Origin: Heterodontus francisci
Taxonomy: Eukaryota
Assembly: GCF_036365525.1 (NCBI RefSeq)
Contig: NC_090384.1
Span: 55,239,895 to 55,303,894 of the forward strand
Direction of reading: 5' to 3'
Length of the DNA: 64,000 nucleotides
This document shows, in pieces, positions 1 to 13,139 of the stretch; position 1 is the first letter of the stretch, and each line of letters starts with the position of its first letter. The notes beneath the pieces were generated by a model that was not told the DNA's origin, ran no database searches, and worked only from the letters and a program-made list of their open reading frames with translations. The position numbers were made by a program, and so were the translations under genes.

Positions 1-160
1 AGGGGGGGAGACGGGGGGGGGCGGAGACCGGGGGGGGCAGGGGGAGAGAGGTGGGCGTGCTGGCGGAAGAACGGTGGGGGAGAGGGAGAGCGGTGGCGAC
101 AAGGGAAAGAGAGGGGGGAACTGGAATTTCAGCGAACTGGAGCTAGAGAGAGAGAGAGGA
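1..160 (+). repeat. G-rich, purine-rich low-complexity tract with (AG)n
   Basis: Multiple G runs and agagagagagag; lies in intron 1 of the downstream gene. Confidence 0.7.
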
Positions 161-2084
161 TATCACTGCTTCAGTTTGAGATGGAGCATTTCTGGCAACA
201 CACGTTTGGAAAGATATCAAGGCCTTGGACAGGGTACAGGGAAAACTGATTGGGATCATGTCTGGGATCAGCTATTTCAGTTATGGAGAGACTGCAGAAA
301 TGGGGTTCTACTCCTTGGAACGGAGATTTGATAATTGCTATATATTATGAAGTGTTTTGATAGAGTAAACTGTTCCCAGTGGCAGATAGGTTGGTCTCCA
401 GACAACACAGATTTCCAGTAACTGACAAAACAACAAAAGTGACATGAGAAAACAGGTACAGTAACAGTCGTTATATTACTGGTCTACTGATCTGGAGACA
501 CAAGTTCAAATCCCACCACAGCAGCTGAGGAATTTAAATTCAGTTAATTAAATAGGATAATAGAATGGTGACAGCACAGGAAGCGGCCATTTGGCCCATC
601 ACGTCTGTGCCAACTCTCTTTGAGAACTCACCTAGTCCCGCCCCCCTGCAAACTTTTTCTCTTCAGATAATTATCCAGTTTTCTTTTTAAGGCCTCGATT
701 GAATCTACCTCTACTACACTCACAGGCAGTGCATTCCAGATCCCAACCACTCACTGCTTAACAAAGCTGTTGCTTCTTTCGCTGGAATTAAATCAGGAAT
801 TAAAGGCTAGAATTCGTAATAGTGAGCACGGAACCACCCAAATAGTTGTAAAAACCCATCTGATTCACTAATGCCATTTACAGAAGGAAATCTGCTTACC
901 TTACCTAATCCGGCTCATTTGTGACTCCAAATCCACAGCAATGGTATTGACTCTTAACTGCCCTCTGAGATGGCCGAGCAAGTCAACTCAGTTGCTACAA
1001 AATAGTCTCATAAGAATACAACCACACGGACCACCTGGTTATCAACTGAGTGCAGACCATCTACAAGATGCACTACAGCAACTCACCAAGGCTCCTTAGA
1101 CAGCATCTTCCAAACCTGCAACCTCTACCAACTTGAAGAACAAAGGCAGCAGGTGCAAGGGAACCCGACCACCTGCAAGTTCCCCAACAAGTCACACACA
1201 CACCATCCTGATTTGGAACTATATTTCCGTTCCTTCACCATCGCTGGATCAAAATCCTGGAACTCCCTCCCTAATGGCACTGTGAGTATACTTACTTGCA
1301 GCATTTAAAGGCGGCAGCTTACCACCACCTTCTCAAGAACAATTACAGTTGGACGATAAATGCTGGCCTTGCCAGTGATACTCACATCCCATGACAACTT
1401 AGATTTATATGGCACCTTTAATGTAATAAACATCTCAAGATGCCTTACAGGAGCGTTATAAAACCAAGTATGACACCAAGCCACAAAAAGACATATTAGA
1501 TCAGATGACCAAAAGCTTTGTCAAAGAGGTAGGTTTTATGGACTGTTCTAAAGGAGGAATGTGAGGTGGAGAGGTGTAGGGAGGGAATTCCAGATCTTAG
1601 GGCCTAGGCAACTGAAGGCGCACCCACCAATGGTACAGCGATTAAAATCAGGGATGTCAAGAGGCCAAGGTTAAAGGAGCGCATCTACGTTACAGGGTTG
1701 TGGGGCTGGAGATTACATAGATAGGCCTGGCCATAGGGAGATTTGGAAATAAGGATGAGAATTTTAAAATCAAGGCATTGCTTGACAGGGAATCAATGTA
1801 GATCAGCAAGCACAGGGGGGAATAGAGGAACAGGACTTGGTGCGAGTTAAGACACAGGCAGCAGAGTTTTGGATAATCTCAAGTCTACAGACAGTAGAAT
1901 GTGAGACAGCAGCCAGGAGTGCATTGGAATAGCCAAGTCTAGAGGTGACAAAGGCATGAATGAGGGTTTCAGCATCAGATGAGCTGGGACAGGAATGAAG
2001 TCAAGCAATGTTACAGAGGTGGAAATAGGCAGTTTTAGGAATGCCACTAATAGAAGGTTGGTAGGTCACCTCGGGGTCAAATGA

Positions 2085-3410
2085 AAAAATACAAAATGTA
2101 TTCAACGAGTTAAGAGTAGTGGTTACTGGTGGAAGATTTGTAATGGAGTTCCCCAGGGTCAGTGTTGGGACCCTTGCTTTTCCGGATATATATTAATGAC
2201 CTAGAGCTTGGTGTACAGGGCACAATTTCAAAGTTTGCAGATGATACGAAACTTGGAAGCATTGTGAACTGAGAGGAAGATGGTGTAGAATTTCAAAAGG
2301 GCATAGACAGGTTGGTGGAATGGGCAGGCAGGTGGCAGATGAAGTTCAATGCAGAAAAATGTGAGGTGATTCATTTTGGCAGGAAGAACATGGAGAGACA
2401 ATATAAAATAAAGGGAACAATTCCAAAGGGGGTGCAGAAGCAGAGACACCTAGGTGCATATGTACATAAGTCATTGAAGGTGGCAGAACAGGTTGAGAGG
2501 ACAATTAATAAAGCATGTGTAAGACTTTAATAAATTAATAAAACTTGTGTAAGACACTAGTTCATCCTCAGCTGGAGTATGTGTCCAATTCTAGGCACCA
2601 AACTTGAGGAAAGACGTAAGGGCATTGGAGAGAGTACAGAAAAGATTCACAAGAATGCTTCCTAGGATGAGGAATTTCAGTTATGAAAATAGATTGGAGA
2701 AATAGATTAGCGGCACAGTAGTTAGCACCGCAGCCTCACAGCTCCAGGGACCCAGGTTCGATTCTGGGTACTGCCTGTGCGGAGTTTGCAAATTCTCCGT
2801 GACCGCGTGGGTTTTCGCCGAGTGCTCCGGTTTCCTCCCACAGCCAAAGACTTGCAGGTGATAGGCAAATTGGCCATTGTAAATTGCCCCTAGTGTAGGT
2901 AGGTGGTAGGGAATATGGGATTACTGTAGGGTTAGCATAAATGGGTGGTTGTTGGTCGACACAGACTCGGTGGGCCGAAGGGCCTGTTTCAGCGCTGTAT
3001 CTCTAAAATTAAAAAGTTAGGACTGTTTTCCTTGAAGATGTGAGATGTGATTTGAGAGAGGTATTCAAAATCATGAGGGGTGTGGACAGAGTAGATGGAA
3101 AGAAACAGTTCCCACTCATGAAAGGATTGAGAACGAGGGGCCACAGATTTAAAGTATTTGATAAGAGAAGCAAAAGTGACATGAGGAAAAACCTTTTCAC
3201 GCAGCAAGTGGTTAAGATCTGGAATGTGCTGCCTTAGATCGTGGTGGAGGCAGGTTCAATTGAAGCATTCAAAAAGGAATTAATGCTATATGAAAAGGAA
3301 GAATGTGCAGGGTTATGGGGAGAAGGCAGGGGAATGGAACTGAGGGAGTTTCTCTTTCAGAGAGCATGATGGGCCAAATTGCCTCTTTCTGCACTGTAAA
3401 AATTCTGAGT
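2085..3410 (+). mobile_element. 5'-truncated CR1 fragment with nested HE1 SINE
   Basis: GVPQG-like and KFADDTKL-like DNA, WQMKFNAEKCEV, DLREVFKIMRG, CR1 tail. Confidence 0.8.
2710..3010 (+). mobile_element. HE1-type V-SINE (tRNA-derived)
   Basis: gcggcacag..gttagcaccgcagcctcacagctccagggaccc.ggttcgatt (A/B boxes), V-domain (ggagtttgca..ctccggtttcctcccaca) and a CR1-derived tail. Confidence 0.85.
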
Positions 3411-3801
3411 TGTCATCTGGAAACCACTCTCTGTAAATGTCACTGGAAGCTGATTCAATAATAACTTTCAAAGGTGGATTGGATAAATAGTTGAAGTTGA
3501 ATAATTTGCACAGCTGGGGGCGAGAAGAGTGGAGAGTGGTACTAACTGGACGATGGGCCGAATTACTTCCTGAACTATAAGACATCACGGACAGAGTGGG
3601 GATTTAGGCTGGATTCGTCAGCTGTTACTTGCACTTTCACCTTAACTTCGACACGGGCTGTTCTGATTTCATCTTCAGGCCCGAGAATCCACAGACGAAC
3701 GTGCTACCCCACCCCGGGACAATGCTGTTCCCGGGCCCAGCCTGAAACTGCTCTAAAAGCCGCTCCGCTCGTTCCCCACCGCCGCCCGCCTCGCCCTTTA
3801 C

Positions 3802-3865
3802 CTGAGAGCGGCACCTGAGTCACCAGCGCGACCAGGAGCAACATCGAGTTCCCGGTCCAGCCCAT
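3802..3865 (-). CDS. Signal-peptide (leader) exon of the next downstream minus-strand gene
   Basis: gacATGG Kozak context. ATG GGC TGG ACC GGG AAC TCG ATG TTG CTC CTG GTC GCG CTG GTG ACT CAG GTG CCG CTC TCA G|gtaaag = MGWTGNSMLLLVALVTQVPLS plus a phase-1 donor, typical of IgSF leader exons. It sits in a CpG-rich unique island. Confidence 0.72.
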
Positions 3866-4090
3866 GTCTCCCGGCCCCGAGTTTCTCCCGCTCCGTTACA
3901 GGAAAAACCTCCGCCCCGTCCCAGTTTCACTTTCACCGGGAATGAGCGAGGCTGCGCGCGCACCCGATGCTTGCAGGCCGCTGTCTGTACCGCTAGAGGA
4001 CGCTATCTGTCACTTGCACCATTTCAAGAGGACAGCGGGAGAACTCCGTGTTTTAAAAGGAGGAAGTACATGAAACGCAACCATAGGTAT
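3866..4090 (-). promoter_or_regulatory. CpG-rich promoter/5'UTR with ISRE/IRF site and GC box
   Basis: AGTTTCACTTTC at 3923-3934 (GAAAGTGAAACT on minus) fits the ISRE consensus, about 60 nt upstream of the ATG. GC box CCGCCC at 3911-3916. ETS-like GGAAGT near 4063. Local CpG enrichment at 3650-4010. Confidence 0.6.
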
Positions 4091-4435
4091 GCTGAATACT
4101 AATGCATGATTTATCTAATTTTATAACTTTTCCGTTGAATGGACAAAGCTGCAAGTAAAATTTTGGAGGAAACATTTTGCTATTTATTTTCTTCAGCTGT
4201 TAAAGTCAATATGGATTTGTTAAAGGCCAGTTCATATTGAGAAAGGAAATTCAGTACATTTTGTACGTGTGAATTCTCATAAGGTGCTACATCAGAGGCT
4301 GACAAAATTAAAGCACAGGATATTAAAGGGAATATCAAAGCAGCAATAAGAAGTGGGCTTAAGGTCAGAAAACAGCAGTTGTTGATGGCTGTTCTTGGAC
4401 TGGAGGGATGTAAACAGCGTTTTATCCTAGGGATC

Positions 4436-7400
4436 AATAGAAACATAGAAAATAGGAACAGGAGTAGGCTATTTGGCCTTTCAGGCCTGCTCCGCCATTC
4501 AAAAAAGATCATGGCTGATCGTCTAATTCAGTACCCTGTTCTCGCATTCTCCCCATATCCCTTGATCCCTTTGGGAATAAGAAATATATCTATCTCCTTC
4601 TTGAATCTATTTAATGACTTGACCTCCACTGCCTTCTGCGGTAGAGAATTTCACAGGTTCGTCACCCTCTGAGTGAAGAAATTTCTCATCTCGGTTCTAA
4701 ATGGCATACCCTGTATCCTGAGACTGTGACCCACGGTTCTGGACTCCCCAGCCATCGGGAACATCCACCCTGCATCTAGCCTGTCTAGTCCTGTTATAAT
4801 TTTATACGTTTCTATGAGATCCCCTCTCATTCTTCTAAACTGTAGTGAATAGAAGCCTATTTGACCCAATCTCCTCAGACGTCAATCCTGCCATCCCAGG
4901 AATCAGCCTAGCAAATCTTCTTTGCACTCCCTCCAAGGCAAGAACATCATTCCTCAGATAAGGAGACCAAAACTGCACACAATACTCCAGATGTGGTCTC
5001 ACCAAGGCCCTGTATAACTGCAGTAAGACATCCTTCCTCCTGTACCCAAATCCTCTTGCAATGAAGGCCAACATACCATTTGCCTTCCTAACTGCTTGCT
5101 GCACCTGAATGCTTGCTTTCAGCGACCGATATACAAGAACACCCAGGTCTCATTACACCTCCCCCTTTCCCAATCTATCACCATTCAGATAATAATCTGT
5201 CTTTCTGTTTTTACAACCAAAGTGGATAACCTCACTTTATCCACATTATACTGCATCTGCCATGCATTTGCCCACTCACCCAACCTGTCCAAATCACATT
5301 GGAGCCTCTTTGCATCCTCCTCACAGCTCACATTCTCCTCCAGCTTTGTGTCATCTGCAAACTTGGAAATGTTACATTTAGTTCCCTCACCCGTCATTAA
5401 CATATATTGTGAGTAGCTGGGGCCCAAGCACTGATCCTTGCAGTACCCCACTAGTCACTGGCTGCCACCCAGAAAAAGACCTGTTTATTCCTACTCTCTA
5501 TTTGCTGTCTCAATCCATGCCAGTATATTACCTCCAATCCCATGTGCTTTAATTTTGCATACTAACCTCTTATGTGGGTCCTTATCAAAAGCCTTCTAAA
5601 AATCCAAATACACCACATCCACTGGTTCTCCCTCATCTATTCTACTAGTTACATCCTCAAAAAACTCCAGTAGATTTGTTAAGCATAATTTCCCTTGCGA
5701 AAACCCATGCTGACTTTGTCCAATCCCGATTATGCTTTCCAGGTGTTCTGTTGTCACATCCTTTATAATAGACTCTAGCATTTTCCCCACTACTGATGGA
5801 AGGCTAACTGGTCTGTAATTCCCTGCTTTTCTCTCCCTCCTTTTTTAAATAATGGGGTTACATTTGCCACCCTCCAATCTGTAGGAACTGCTCCAGAGTC
5901 TATAGAATTTTGGAAGATGACCACCAATGCATCCACTATTTCCACGGCCACTTCCTTTAGTACTCTGGGGTGTAGATTATCAGGCCCTGTGGATTTCTCA
6001 GCCTTTAACCCCATTAATTTCCCTAGCACTTTTTTTACTCATACTGATTTCCTTCAGTTCCTCCCTCTCATTAGACCCTTGGTTCCCTAACATTTCTGGG
6101 AGGTTATTTGTGTCCTCCTTTGTGAAGACAGAACCAAAGCATGTGTTTAATTGTTATGCCGTTTCTTTGTTCCCCGTTATAATTTCCCCTGTTTCTGACT
6201 GGAAGGGATCTACATTTGTCTTCACTAATCTTTTTTTCTTCATGTATTTATAGAAGATTTTACGTTTTTATGTTCCCCACAAGTTTACTCTCATACTCTA
6301 TTTTCCCCTTCTTAATCAACCTCTTTGTCCTCCTTTACTGAATTCAAAAGTACTCACAATTGTCAGACTTTCTGCTTTTTCTGGCAATTTTATATGCCTC
6401 TTCTTTGGATCTAATACTATCCCTGATTTCTTTTGTAAGCCACGGTTGAACCACCTTTCCAATTTTATTTTTGCGCCAGACAGGAATGAATAATTGTTGT
6501 AATTCATGCACACGGTTCTTTAAATATTATCCATTGCCTATCCACCATCAACCCTTTTAGTAAAGTTCCCCAATCTACCATTACCAACTCTTGCCTCATT
6601 CCTTCATAGTTTCCTTTATTTAGATTCAAGACCCTAGTTTCTGATTCAACTACTTCACTCTCCATCTTAATGAAGAATTTTATCATGTTATGGTCCCTCC
6701 TCTCCAAGGGACCCCGCACAACAAGATTGTTAATTAATCCTTTCTCACTGCACAATACCCAGTCTAGGATAGCCTGTTCTCTAGTCGGTTCCTCAACATA
6801 TTGGTCTAAAAACCGTCATGTAGGAACCACACTCCAGGAAATTCTCCTCCACAGTATTATTGCCAGTTTGGTTTGACCAATCTATATGGTCAAAATCATC
6901 CATGATTACAGTTGTACCCTTATTGCATGCATCTCTCATTTCCTGTTTAATGCCATCCTTTACATTTTCATTACAGTTTGGGGGCCTATAGACAACCCCC
7001 ACCAACACTCTCTGCCCCTTGGTGTTTCTTAGCTCCGCCCATATAGATTCCACATCATGGTTTTCCGAGCCAATATCTTTCCTCACTATTGTATTGATTT
7101 CCTCCTTTACTAACAACGTTACTCCACCTCCTTTCCCTTTTTGCCTGTCCTTCCTAAATATTGAATACCCCTGGATGTTCAGTTCCCATCCTTGGTCACC
7201 CTGCAGCCATGTCTCTGTAATAGCAACTATGTTATTACCATTTATATCTATTTGCACTGTTAATTCATCTACGATATTGCAAATGCTTCACGCATTAAGA
7301 AGACACAATGCCTTTACACTTGTCTTTTTAACATGGTTATTCATCTTAGCTTTATTTTGCACTATGGCCCCATTTGTTTCTTGCCCTAGTTTTCTCTGCC

Positions 7401-8780
7401 TTCCACTTTTCCTTCTTACCTTTCTGTCTTTCATTTCTATCCTTGTTTCCCCCTCCTCTGTCTCCCTGCTCAGATTCCCATCCCCTTGCCATTGTAGTTT
7501 AAATCCTCCCCTACAGCACTAGCAAACCCACCCCCACCCTGAGGAGCTTGGTCCCGGTCCTGCCCAGATGCAACCCATCCAGCTTGTACTGGTGCCACCT
7601 TCCCCAGACCGGTCCCAATGTGCCAGGACTCTGAATTCCTCCCCCCTACACCATTTCTCCAGCCATGTATTCATCTGATATAGCCTGCTATTTCTGCTCT
7701 TACAACCTTTGAGGTCCTACTTTTTCATTCACGTCCTAACTCCCTATATTCAGCTTGTAGGACATCATCCTTTTTTTTACCTATGTCGTTGGTACTGATA
7801 TGTATCACGACAACTGGCTGCTCGCCCTCCCCCTTCAGAATGTCCTGCAGCCGCTCTGATACGTCCTTGACCCTAGCACTAGGGAGGCAACATGCCATCC
7901 TGGAGTCACTTTTGCAGCTGCAGAAACGCCTGTCTATTCCCCTTAGGATTGAATCCCCTGTCACTATAGCCCTGCCACTCTTCTTCCTTCCCTCCTGTGC
8001 AGCAGAGCCACCCATGGTACCATGAACTTGGCTCTTGCCACTTTTCCCTGAGCCATCTCCCCCAACAATGTCCAAAGCGGTATATCTGTTAGAGAGGGGG
8101 ATGGCAACAGGGGACTCCCGCACTACCTACCTTTCTCTACTCTGCCTGGTGGTCACCCATTCCCTTTCTGCTTTTGCAGCATTTGCCTGCAGTGTGACCA
8201 CCTCACTAAATGTGCTATCCACGACAATCTCAGCATCGCGGGTGCTCCAAAGTGAATGCACCCACAGCTACAGCTCCATTATGCAGGTAGCCAGCAGCTG
8301 CAGATGGGTACACTACCTGCACACATGGTCGTCAGGAACACTGGAAGCGTCCCTGATTTCTCTCATAGCACAGGAGAAGCATATCATGGGTGCGCGCTCT
8401 CCTGCCATCACTTACCTTTAGATTACTTAGTTACTCCCTTTAATTAAAAAATACTAATTACTCTAGGGGCTTTGTTCTACTCCAAACACTACCCACTACA
8501 ATCCAAATTCCTTACCTTTACTTTTGAAGCTACTGATAAATCCTACCAAAAATCAATACAGTTCACTAGTTATAATAAACCTTACTCAGAAAAGAGTTAC
8601 TCACTTGTTTCTTATTATTAAGCTATTTACACATGTACCCTAACACTGGTGTATAAACTCAGCTATTTAGAGTTATTCCCTAACAACAGTTACTCACCAA
8701 CCAATCACTTTGTAGTTTTCCTGTGATGTCACTGCTCACTTTGTTTTCAAACTCTGGTGCACCGGGACTCCTCTCTGGAG
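4436..8780 (-). mobile_element. Near full-length degenerate CR1 (HER1-type) LINE
   Basis: ORF1 SGNH-esterase fragment (GRAIVTGDSILRG, 7725-8123), APE endonuclease (AITETWL, GVVYRPP), RT ([16 protein letters not shown]), C-terminal RPHLEYCVQFWSP and a CR1 3' tail near 4440. Many frameshifts. Confidence 0.9.
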
Positions 8781-8979
8781 GAAGGTATGTTGGGAACATT
8801 GTTAGTAATGCACAAAAATCATCTAGATTTAGGTATGGGGGCTTGATAACAGAATTTGCAAACACAAATAAGCTGCAAGGGCAACTGTGAAGAGGAGTGT
8901 TAGCAACTATAGGTCATAAACAAGTTAGTAAATTTTGAAAATAGAGGTCAAATGAAATTTACAGTAAATTACATTTAGG

Positions 8980-11900
8980 TGCTGACTTCAACTGCATCAT
9001 CGATACAGCTAGACAATCTGGCAGTGACAAGAGCAAACTGGACGCTACATCCAGATTCCTAATGGAAACAGTAAAAGATGCCAAGCTGCACGACGTCTTC
9101 AGCAAACCTGCAGACGGAGCGCAGCGTAGATACACCTGGTCAAGATCGGATGGGTCTGCCCGTTTCAGGATTGACTTCCTGTTTGTGTCCCGTGCTGTCA
9201 CAGTCAGATCCACCGACGTCAAGCCGGTGTTCTTCTCTAACCATTGCCTGTTAGAGAAAGCTGACTGTCTGACTGTCACTTACAGGATGACCAGCAGGTT
9301 GGCAGGGGGACATAGAAGCTCAATGCTGAGGAACTCAAAAGGGATTACAAAGGTTGGAGAACTGTGAAACCCCTCTTTGAGTCTCCAGTTCACTGGTGGG
9401 AGGTGATCAAAGAAAACATCAAGGAGTTCCTTATCTTCAAAGGTATTCACAGGGCGAAAGAGAGACAGAGGGAAATGTCCTGACTTCAGAAAAGAATGCA
9501 AAATCTGCTCTGGCTGCAGTTGATGGGGGTCGAGGTCAAGGAGGACCTCCATGAGGTGAAGAGCCAGCAGGCCTCGCTCTTTGCCACGGAGGTCTGCAAG
9601 ATCATCTTCTGGTCCAGAGTCCGCTCCATTGAGCAGGATGAGACGTGCTCGCATTACTTCTTCCAAAAGGTACACACAGAGAGCTCTGTGATCAGCAGCC
9701 TGAAGGAAGAGGATGGCTCGGTAACATCTTCGCAGTCCGACATACTAAGGATCAGCAAATCCTTTTATGCTGGGCTGTACGACGTGAAGCCCACAGACAG
9801 CACAGCCTCCCAGTCCTTCCTGTCATCTATCGCAGAGGTCTTAGATGACAGCATGAGGGAGAGACTGGACAAGCACTAACTCTGGATGAGCTGACAAAGG
9901 CCGTCAGATCCTTCGAGATGAGTAAAACTCCCGGAAGCGATGGCTTACCGGTTGAGTTGTATTCGGCCCTGTGGGACTGGGTCGACCCAGACCTGCAGGA
10001 AGTATATGAGAGTATGCTTCTGGCCAACAGCATATCAGGATCCATGAGGAAAGGCATCATCACTCTCATCTACAAGCGGAAGGGGGAGAGGGCAGAAATC
10101 ACAAATTGGCGGCCCATCTCACTGCTTAATGTTGACGACAAGATTCTGTCCAAAGTCATCGCCAGTCGAGTCGAGTCTGCTCTGGAGTTGGTGATTCACC
10201 CTGACCAGATCTGCACTGTACCCGGCAGGAAGATCTCTGATAGTCTTGCGCTACTCAGGGATACAATCGCCTATGTACAGGACAGGAGGGTGGACACCTG
10301 CTTCATCAGCTTGGACCAGGAGAGGGATTTTGACAGGATATTGCACACCTACATGATGGACATGCTCTCCAAAATGGGGTTTGGGGAGGGAATCTGCAAT
10401 TGGATCAAACTGCTCTACACAGACATCAGTAGCGCAGTCTCAATCAGAATGGGAATCAGAAAGTTTCCTGACCCAATCTGGAGTCAGACAGGGCTGTCCT
10501 CTCTCCCCTGTCTTGTTTGTTTGCTGTGTTGAACCCTTTGCTGAGTCTATTAGGAAGGATGTGGGCATAAGATGGGTGACAATCCCAGGCAACGGAGGCA
10601 CTCGGGTTAAAACCTCCCTGTACGTGGACGACGTCACTGTCTTCTGCTCAGATCCACTGTCCGTTCGCAGACTGATGAGCATCTGCGACCAGTTCGAACT
10701 GACCTCGGGAGCCAAAGTTAACCACAGCAAGAGCGAGGCCATGTTCTTTAGGAACTGGGCTGACCGATCCTTTGTCCCCTTCACCGTCAGACTACCTGAA
10801 GGTGCTGGGGATATGGTTCGGATGGGCCAAGGCATGTGCCAAAACCTGAAGGGAGCGAGTAGCCAGGGTACACCATAAACTGAGCATGTAAGAGCACCGA
10901 TCTCTCTCCATTGTGGGTAAGAATCTGGTCATCAGGTGCAAGGCGCTCACATTGTTGCTGTATGTGGTGCAGGTCTGGCCCATACCACAATCCTGCGCCG
11001 TGGCAGTCGCCCAAGCTTTATCTGGAGATCCAAAATGGACTGGGTCTGTTGGGACACGATATTCAAACCTCTGGATAAGGGCAGGAAAAATGTACCCAAC
11101 ATCGCCCTCATCCTGATGACCACCTTTGTGTGCAGCTGCATCAAGCTGTGCGTAGAGCCCCAGTACGCAAACACCAAATGTCACTCCGTGCTGAGGTTCT
11201 ATCTGTCCCCGGTGTTGCTAAGGATGGGTCTGGTCACATTGCCGCGGAACGCTCCATCCAGTTAGACCATGCCATACCACCTATCCTTCGTGGGCAAGGT
11301 TTTGTGGGAAAACACTTTTGACCACCAATCCATCAGGCAGTCGTCTGCACGGAATGTCCTCAAGGCATTTCAGGAAAGGGAGATGGTGTATCCTGTCGGA
11401 TGGTTCCCCGAGCAGACGACCAATGGCATTTAGCAGAATGCCTCATCACCAGAACTTTCAAACAAGCACCAAGACGTAGCTTGGCTGGTGGTGGGAAGGG
11501 CCCTCCCCATCAGATCCTTCCTGCACGCCCGGAATCTCACCCCCTCCGCACGCTGCCCTCGAGGTGGCTGTGGTGGGGAAGAGACAGTTGCCCACCTCAT
11601 TCTGGAATGTGTCTTTGCAAAGCAAGTGTGGAAAGAGATGCAGTGGTTTTTTGTCAAGGTTCATCCCAAGCAGCTCTGTAATACAGCAGTCTGTGCTCGA
11701 CAGGCTGTTCCCCGGGGCGCCCACCGAGATAAAAATCAACTGCTGCTGGAGGACCAATAACTCGATGAAAGACACTCTTTGGTTTGCCCGAAACTTGCTG
11801 TTCTTCCAGCGCAAAGAGTTGTCCACGACCGAGTGTTGCAGACTGGCACATTCCAAGGTCCAGGACTACGTGCTGAGGGACGTACTAAAGCTTGGGGCAG

Positions 11901-12197
11901 GCACTGCAAAGGCTTAGTGGGGAAAGACCACTGTGTAAAGTCCTCCCACCAAAGTGAACTGAGGGGTTAGACTCATGGAAACCCCTCGGGCTGTATACAC
12001 AAAATTTGGTTTTTCAGTAAAATGTACATGGCATGTAAAATGGAATGGAAGGGTTTTGAGGCAACTCACTCCTGTATCGAAGAAAACTGATTTCCTTCGC
12101 ACTTTTTGGAATGTCAACTTGTTGCTGTTTTGAACTGTTTTGTAATTTTTTTTTTTAACAGATTTTTATGAATAAAGTATATTTTTGGGAAAAAAAA
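8980..12197 (+). mobile_element. 5'-truncated Tx1/L1-clade non-LTR retrotransposon with poly(A) tail and 9-bp TSD
   Basis: Endonuclease end (DFNC..YTW..RIDF), RT (KTPGSDGLP, NWRPISLLN, GVRQGCPLSP, YVDD), C-terminal zinc finger (CPRGGCGGEETVAHLILEC), AATAAA near 12170 and an A-tail. Flanking direct repeat ACATTTAGG at 8971-8979 and 12198-12206. Confidence 0.88.
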
Positions 12198-12206
12198 ACA
12201 TTTAGG

Positions 12207-13130
12207 CAGGAGGGATGATTAAAAGCTTGGTTAAATCAACAGGTGTTGAGGGCAGTCTTAAAGGAGAGGGAGGTGAAGAGGTCAAAGGAGGGAATTCAGA
12301 GCTTAGGGCCGAAATGGCAGAAGGCACAGCCACTAGTAGTGGGGTGAAGGAACTGGAGGAAGGATAACATGCACTTATGTCAGAGTAAAGTCATGGCAGG
12401 ATTGTAGGGCTGCAGCAGTATATACAGTGGAGACACCATGAAGAGATATGAACATTTGATAATGAGAATTTTAAATGGAAGACATTACAAGACAAAGAGC
12501 CAAAGCAGGTCAGACAGCATGAGTGATAATTGAGGGGAACAGTGCAGAATAGGATATGTGCAGATTTTTGGAATGACATGAAGTTTATTGAGGATTCTAG
12601 ATAGGTCAGCCAGGAGAGCATAGGAATAGCCAAGTCTGGAGCTGGCACCAACACAAAGAGGGATTCAGTAGCTGATGGACTGAGGCAGGGGTGAAGGCAG
12701 GAGTATACATTCCTTTATGATGGAGAGGATATGGGTTCAGAAGCTCAATTGGGGGTAAAATAAGGCACCATGGTTGTGAGCAGTCCAATTCAGCATGGGA
12801 CAGTTGCTGGAGAGGGGTGAATTTAGTGACAAAGGTTCTAGTTTGTGGTTGGGGCCACAGAGGATGGCTTTGGTTTTTCCCAGTGTTCAACAGGAGAAAA
12901 TGGCAGCTCCTTCAGGACTAGATGTCAGACAAATACTCTTGACTACAGAGGCAGTGGAGGGGTCAATACCGGTGGTGAGGTATAGCTGTGTGTTATTAGT
13001 GTACCTGTGGAATCTGGCTTTGGATGATGTTGCCAAGCAGTAGCATGCAAATGAAGACAAGCAGACAGACCCTTGGTGGACTCGAGGTAATTTTAATGGG
13101 ACATATGAAGAAATATATATGTTAAAAGGA
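12207..13130 (-). mobile_element. Old L2 LINE 3' remnant; further L2 remnants at about 1400-2080, 40990-42430 (+), 50000-51640, 53990-55400 and 58200-59200
   Basis: FHRYTNNTQLYL (L2 YADDTQLY homologue) and an L2 3' motif aaagcttggt.aaagaggtagg repeated across these regions. Confidence 0.65.
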
Positions 13131-13139
13131 ATTGAGTGG

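Noticed and set aside
3864-4073. Plus-strand 69-aa ORF in the CpG island
   Set aside because: No recognisable motif; better explained as the antisense of the minus-strand promoter and 5'UTR.
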